Under the pieces are notes generated by a model that ran no database searches, was not told the origin of the DNA, and saw only the letters and a list, made by a program, of their open reading frames with translations. Made by a program: the position numbers and the translations under genes. 64,000 bases of DNA from Selaginella moellendorffii (lineage: Eukaryota; Plantae; Lycopodiophyta), in contig NW_003314334.1 in NCBI RefSeq assembly GCF_000143415.4, positions 814,108 through 878,107 on the forward strand, read 5' to 3'. Shown here in pieces: positions 57,743-64,000 of the stretch. Positions within the stretch are counted from its first letter, which is position 1. Each line of letters opens with the position of its first letter.

Positions 57743-59541
57743 ATGGCGGATTCGAGCGGCTACCAGGAGGACGAAGGTGTCTATCGCAGCTCTCGAGCAG
57801 CAATCAGCCTGCCTGCTCATCCACACCAGAGTTTCGCAGCGTTTCTCTTCTCCGGTCCTGTTGGACACCCCTCCAATTCTTCCAAGCCACTGATTGTCGA
57901 CTCCTCGTCTGGGAGTTTTATCAGCTGCCGGGAGTTTCGCGAGCGAGTGGAGGCTGTCGCGGGCGGGCTGTGGTCGCTCGCTGGTGTTGCTCAAGGAGAT
58001 GTAGTCCTGGTGCTTCTCGGGAACACTGTACATTTTCCAGTGATCTTCCACGCTGCTCTGGCCATTGGGGCAGTGGTGACGACTGTGAATCCTGCCAACA
58101 CCGCGGGAGAGATAGATCGTCAGCTCAGAGATTCAGGAGCAAAGTTTGCGGTCACGTCACCGGAGCTAGCAGCGAAGTTGGGCGATCCAACCAGGCTCTC
58201 TGTCATTGTCTTAGTCGATGGAGAGACCAGTTGCCACGGATCCAAGTTCTTGCCGTTTCGGAAACTCCTGGAGTTCAAGAGCGGCACGGCTCCGGAGAAC
58301 CTGGTAAGGATTCGTCTCAGCGACCCGGCAGCACTGCTCTACTCCTCCGGAACCACCGGGCCGTCCAAAGGCGTCATACTGTCTCACGGGAATCTCATCA
58401 CATCCGTGACCATTCTCTCCGAGCATGAGAAGCCCTCCGTCTCCATTGCGTTGCTTCCACTCTTTCACGTCGCCGGACTCGTTGTTTCTGCCTGTCTCGT
58501 GATCCGCAAAGCCTCGACCTTGATAGTGCTCAAAAAGTTCGACTTGGTTGCCATGCTTGAAGCGATCCAGCGCTTCAAGATCACGACTTTGCCGCTGGTT
58601 CCCCCCATTGTAGTTGCGCTGATGAAGAACCCAGTATCTGCAAAATACGATCTAAGCTCAGTGACAGTAGCACGATGCGGTGCCGCACCACTTAAAAAAG
58701 AAATCCAGGAGGCGTTCCTTACCAAATTCCCCCACATCCAAGACTTCTTCCAGGTACACGTAGAAGTTTCCGCTGGAGAGAAGTTCTCATCAAAGTTTCT
58801 TTGGCTCCAGGGATTCGGCATGACTGAAACCACTGGAATGGGAGCGTTTGGAGAAGGACCACCGGGATCATCTGGGAAGCTTTCTGCAAACCACGAAGCC
58901 AAAGTTGTCGATCTCACCACCGGTAAGCCGCTTCCACCGAACTTCAGGGGCGAGCTCCTGCTTCGAGGGCCGTGTATCATGCAAGGCTACCTGAATAACC
59001 CGGCCGCCACGCTCCACACCATCGACAAAGATGGATGGCTCCACACAGGTGACATTGTGTTCTTCGATAGTAACGGGTGCCTGTTCGTGGTCGATCGTCT
59101 CAAAGAGCTCATCAAGTATAAAGGTTACCAGGTAGCTCCCGCGGAGCTGGAAGCAGTTCTTCTCACTCATCCAGCCATCGTAGACGCGGGTGTGATCCCG
59201 TAAGTTCCTCTCTTTCAATCGATCCATGGATAGATAGCTAGAAAACTCGCTGAGTTTTTCTTCTAGGTACCCTGACGAAGACGCTGGAGAGATCCCGATG
59301 GCCTACATTGTCCGCGCAGCTGGAGAGTCTCTGTCCAAGAGCGATGCCATGAAATTTGTGGCCGAACAGGTAGAGAGAAAAGAGAGAATGCCTACCCTGA
59401 GATCGATCTTTGCAGGTAGCGCCGCACAAGAGGATCCGCCGCGTAGAGTTCTTGGACGCCATACCGAAATTGCCCTCCGGGAAGATCTTGCGAAAGGATC
59501 TGATCGCTCTCGCCGCTTCTGACGCTCGCTCAAAGCTTTAA
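57743..59541 (+). CDS. 4-coumarate:CoA ligase-like acyl-activating enzyme with peroxisomal PTS1 (SKL), 4 exons
   Basis: [61 protein letters not shown], ends ARSKL*; introns 58754-58810, 59200-59266, 59370-59415. Confidence 0.93.
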
Positions 59542-60505
59542 ATGAAGTTCCTAAAAACTCGAATAAAGAACTGGAAGATTTCTTACTCTTCACCTCCTCT
59601 CACTCCATCTTTTTTTCTTCGTTTAGCTCAAGAATGCTTCTTTCTAGTGGCTCTTCGATGCCATAGCTGCATTTCTGTGATTGTGACTGACGAGCTATGA
59701 TGATCGCAAGGTAAATCAACCTCTACTATTTGCATTTATCGAGAAGCTCTTCACAATCAGCCAGATGTGGAGTCAGCTGCATGCAAGTCGACATGAGGTA
59801 GGAGAACTGATCGTTGCTCAATCCAACCAGCGAGCCAAATATGATGTTTTGTAGAAAATGTAAACGTGATCCCTTGAAATGCATACATTCCATGTTTCCG
59901 AAAATCTCCACATGCTCCAGCTTGTGGCAACCAACTTTACTTCCAATTCACACTGGTTTACCTCCAGCACAAGCTGTTTCAAGTTGCAACCCTGAATGGT
60001 CTCTCAAGTAGCTGAAAAAAACCTTCAGCTGTCAAGGGGATACAGAGGTTGCTCACAGCTGCGCCATTCCTCGAAGTTCTTGAATCAGAAAACTGTAAGC
60101 TGGTGGATTCGCAGCAGAGGCCACTTAGACTTCGCCGAGGCTTTAGAAATGAGCAAGATGCAGAAGAGCATCTCCAAAAGTGGCGTCTCTCGGTCTGATG
60201 TGCGAGAGAAGCAAGGACCCAAATCAAGCACTAGCTATTCATAACAATACCTTTTGCACCAATCTTCTGCCAACATTAAGATTGATTGCACTATCTAAAG
60301 TGGTGAAGATTTTTCTAGCAACACTCAAGTTGGAAAGATCACTTACATCATTAGTTGTCAACTTGTTTGCCAATGTGGACAAGTTCTGATTCATTCATAT
60401 GCACATTTCTCAGCTAAATGATATTAAAGGTTCCCTCAGTTTAAGTTAATCACGTTGAGGAATATCCTAGAAATATTGCTTAGATTCTCAATAAACCCTA
60501 GAAAT

Positions 60506-62409
60506 ATGGGAAGAGCGCACGGGATCAAACGGGTAGGCGCAATCCCTACATTGCTCGTCGCGATCGTCGCAATCGCCTGCATTGTCACGGCCCTCTCGTC
60601 GATCTTCTCCGCGTACCGGCCGCCGATGGACGCCGCTGTGATTCCAGGCTCGGCTCCAGATCGCTCGTTCCTGAGCTCCCTGGATCGGTTTCTGGAGCGC
60701 GGATTGGGTGCTAGGTCGCGGCTGTCCGTCCCTTGGACTGGAAGCGCCGAGGATCTGGACAGGGGTATGGAAGATCGAGCAAGATCCTCTCAGGTTCTTC
60801 GAGTTTATGTGTATGACATGCCTGAGAAGTTTACACTCCAACTCCTGCGATTGTTTCGCGATACATACAAGGAGACTGCGAATTTGACGTCGAATGGAAG
60901 CCCAGTTCATCGATTGATCGGACAGGTTTGTTTCTTCTTTCTTTTTGTTTGACAACTCTTTTGGTTTCTCTCCTTTCTTTTGCAGCACTCGATAGACTAC
61001 TGGCTCTATGCCGACTTGCTAGCACCCGAGTCCCAGCGCCTTCTAAAGTCTGTGAAGCGAGTTCTCAATCCCACTGAAGCGGACATTTTCTACATCCCTT
61101 TCTTCACGACTATCAGCTATTTTCTCATGGAGAAGCAGCAGTGCAAGCAGCTTTATAGGGTGTGCGTACTCTCTACATTCTTTTTTGAGTACGTTGGCCT
61201 GATATGTTCCTCACAGGAAGCTTTGAGCTGGGTTACAAATCAAGCGGCTTGGAAAAGGTCGGGTGGACGAGACCATGTTCTTCCAGTTCATCATCCGTGG
61301 TCATTTAAATCGGTTCGCCGGTTTATGAAAACGGCTATCTGGCTTCTGCCAGACCTGGATTCCACTGGAAACTGGTGAGCTGTGACGAGTAGCGAAGTTT
61401 TGATTTGGTAACCTCGTGTTTTCTTGCAGGTATAAGCCGGGAGAAGTCTCCCTCGCCAAAGATATTGTACTTCCTTATGTTCCCAATGTCGATGCCTGCG
61501 ATGCATATTGCCTAGAGACTTCTTGGAGCCAGAGGCATACATTGTTGTTCTTTCGAGGTCGGACAAAGCGCAATGCGGTACGCCGAGTTTTTTTCCCATG
61601 CCTTGCTGAATGCTAAGTCCTTGAAGCTGTTTGCTTGCTGCAGGGTGGAAAGATTCGAAGTAAACTTGCAGCAGCTCTTCAGAACGAAGCTGGAGTTATC
61701 ATTGAAGAAGGATCAATAGGTGAGGCTGGAAGACGGGCGACTCAAAAGGGGATGCGGAGGTATTTTCTCCTTCCTCTGTTCGATCCTCTAACCTTTACAA
61801 TCGTGGACAGCTCCATTTTCTGCTTAAGCCCCGCTGGTGACACGCCTTCATCAGCACGGCTCTTCGATGCGATAGTAAGTGGCTGCATTCCTGTGATTGT
61901 CAGTGACGAGCTCGAACCACCTTTCGAAGGACTTGTTGATTATCGCAAGGTAAATCAACCTCAAAGCCTTTTCTTCGCTGCTGAGAACAATCTTCCTTTC
62001 CAGGTTGCTCTGTTTGTTCCATCGGTGAAAACAACTGAAAAGGGATGGCTGGTGTCTTACCTGCGAGCCATTACTGCTCGACAGTTGTCAATGCTACGGG
62101 GTCATATGTTAGAGGTATGTTGAATATGGTATATCTTCATATCTTCGTTATGGATACTATTTGCAGTTTTCGAGACATTTCCAGTACTCGAGCCCTGCTC
62201 AGCAACTTGGTCCCGAAGATCTAACTTGGCAGACGGTACGCAAAATTTCTTGCACTGTCGGTGTTTGAGGCTTTTCCATTCAGGTCGCGGGAAAGCTGCA
62301 GTCGATAAGGCTGCACATCCGACGAGCACAACGCCTAGTGGATGGAGGCCGGAATGTATGCACATGTGATTGTAGATTTGCCAATGGCTCTTCCGCAGCG
62401 ATATTCTAA
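60506..62409 (+). CDS. Exostosin-family glycosyltransferase (GT47), multi-exon
   Basis: N-terminal TM, LRVYVYDMP, QHSIDYWL, WKRSGGRDH, FCLSPAGDTPSSARLFDAIVSGCIPVIVSD, final exon ..CTCDCRFANGSSAAIF*. Confidence 0.93.
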
Positions 62410-62755
62410 GCTGACTTCTTGTGTTTTCCATTCCGAGGGGATCCGGGAAATCAATGGAGAGTTGAGATGGATTTCCATATGAACTGGTACAGTTGCCTCT
62501 TTTTCTTGTTTCTGGTGCTAATTTGGTTGTACCGTCGCAGATTTTGTGATCAGAGATGTTGTGATTTTTCCATGCACCTAGAATGCACACGCGAGGATCT
62601 GGCAAAGCTATTTCTTTCAAATGGCCGCTAAGAAAGAAGTGTTTTGGTCGCCGAGAAAGAAGTTTTTGGTTCGTGTCATCCAAGTTTATGTCACAGATTC
62701 ACCGGTGGGTGTGCTTTCAGATTTTCAAATTTTTAAATCTCCCGCTTTTACAGAG

Positions 62756-64000
62756 CTATGGAATCCTTTTACCAACTCTTGGCGATCGTCCAGGACTGCT
62801 CCCTATACTTCCATTTGTCTTGCCCAGCAGCGCTCGATTCATCTTCCTGGTATCCACCGGAGAAGAGATTCCCTCTGGAGCAGCAAACTCGTGCTTCAAG
62901 CTGCCAGGTTTGATGCTCGCTATGGATTTCTCCTCGCTGCTATCATTGTGAACCTTGGCAGATTTCGCCTGGGCTTGGATCCTGCTGGGCGACGACATCG
63001 ACGAGAACTTCCGCTGGGCTTGGACTCCAAACCTCGTGTTTGGCGATCCCGGAGCGAACTTTGGCTGGATGTCGGCGACGATCTTCTTGTAAGAAGCTGG
63101 AACTTGCTGCTTACTTCTCCCGGGGCTTTGGATCACTGCCGGTAGCCTCGCAGGAGAATTACTCCCTGCCTTGGGTTCCTCCAAACTCTCCCAGGATCTG
63201 GAAGTCATCCACTGTTCCAGCCAGCTCCAACTCCAGGCAGGCTTGTCATCGTCGTCACTGCTAGAACTCGGCGGTGATGCGTCTTTGGGATACGACCTCC
63301 ATAGCTACAAGACAGTGTGGTTCCAAGGGAATAAAATTGGATTCTTTCTTCTCTTTTCTTGTTTCTTACCTGGTGTGAGAAGGCATAGGCCAGAGTGCGC
63401 TCGCGTTTCGCTGCTGCTGCGTTCTTGCTTTGAATTTTTGCGCGGATTTGATCCTTGGACAGGATGCTGTCGTCCCAATCGCCAACTTGTTCTTCCTGTT
63501 CATCCAGAGATCTTGTGATATCTTTGCCCAAAATCTCTTTCTTTCGCGGTAGAAAACGTCACCTCTTGTTTTTCTTGGTCTTCTTTTCGCTCGCCAGGGT
63601 GGTTTCGGAATCTGGCTCGCTCCAATCGTACCTGGGATTGCATCTTCGCGAAGGATTGGATGCATCGCATTGCGTGAGAGGTCTGCTTGCTCGCCGCCTT
63701 TCCATGCAGCATGGATTGGAGCCTCTGCAAGGCTTTCATCGCCTTCACTTTCTTCCTCGCCTGGTACAAAGATTCACTGATAAAAATCTCATTTTGATAC
63801 GAATTTTCTTACTGCGACCCCACGAAATGCTGCTTGAATCTTCACTGCTGCCAATTCCTCCTGGGATTTCTCCGGCGTTGGAGTGGAGTCAGCCACATTC
63901 TCTTCTAAATTCTCGGGAGAATTGGGAGGAGGAGAATTGGATGGTGGCACTATAACACATTCCTCTGTTACAGCTTCTTGCTGGGCCTCGTTTTTCTCTT
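62756..64000 (-). CDS. IQ67-domain (IQD) calmodulin-binding protein, 5' end outside the window
   Basis: EELAAVKIQAAFRG/ARKKVKAMKALQRLQ, WDDSILSKDQI..AAAKRERTLAYAFSHQ, WSWSWLEQWM. Confidence 0.9.

Noticed and set aside
59720-60390. Coding-like intergenic sequence between the 4CL-like and exostosin genes
   Set aside because: Only short ORFs with no recognisable motif.
16600-62409. Biosynthetic gene cluster (GLPs + 4CL-like + glycosyltransferases + ERF)
   Set aside because: No scaffold-forming enzyme; the glycosyltransferases are conserved cell-wall types; proximity is expected in so gene-dense a genome.

Overview
Gene-dense eukaryotic (land plant) nuclear DNA. Introns are very short (about 45-120 nt), PPR genes are built from 31-aa repeats, and intergenic distances are tiny; together these point to a lycophyte, probably Selaginella (inference). 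The flanks carry ordinary single-copy genes. On the left: USP, METTL5, a WD40/WDR44-like gene, L-galactose dehydrogenase and PMIR1. On the right: NYN-C2H2, a nucleotide-diphospho-sugar transferase, PPR, AP2/ERF, tRNA-Ile(UAU), a peroxisomal 4CL-like ligase, a GT47 exostosin and IQD. The centre (about 16.6-50.9 kb) is a heavily rearranged cluster of nine intronless germin-like protein genes of two types. It was built by tandem and inverted segmental duplications that co-copied glutathione synthetase fragments, a PPR-DYW gene and an unusual XS-domain/coiled-coil/RING gene. Highlights: (1) an intact 5-exon SGS3-type XS + C-terminal RING gene, head-to-head with a PPR-DYW gene across 82 bp, plus a rearranged copy forming a 250-bp-arm inverted repeat; (2) a complete Ty1/copia element with only 88-bp LTRs, a 5-bp TSD and five in-frame nonsense codons; (3) a duplication-born stand-alone E-DYW ORF; (4) deletion-riddled pseudogenes (VIM/ORTHRUS, PPR-DYW, GSH2) and a possible Crinkler-type NTPase relic. 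There is one 100-N assembly gap. All assignments are by eye from motifs; no database searches were run.
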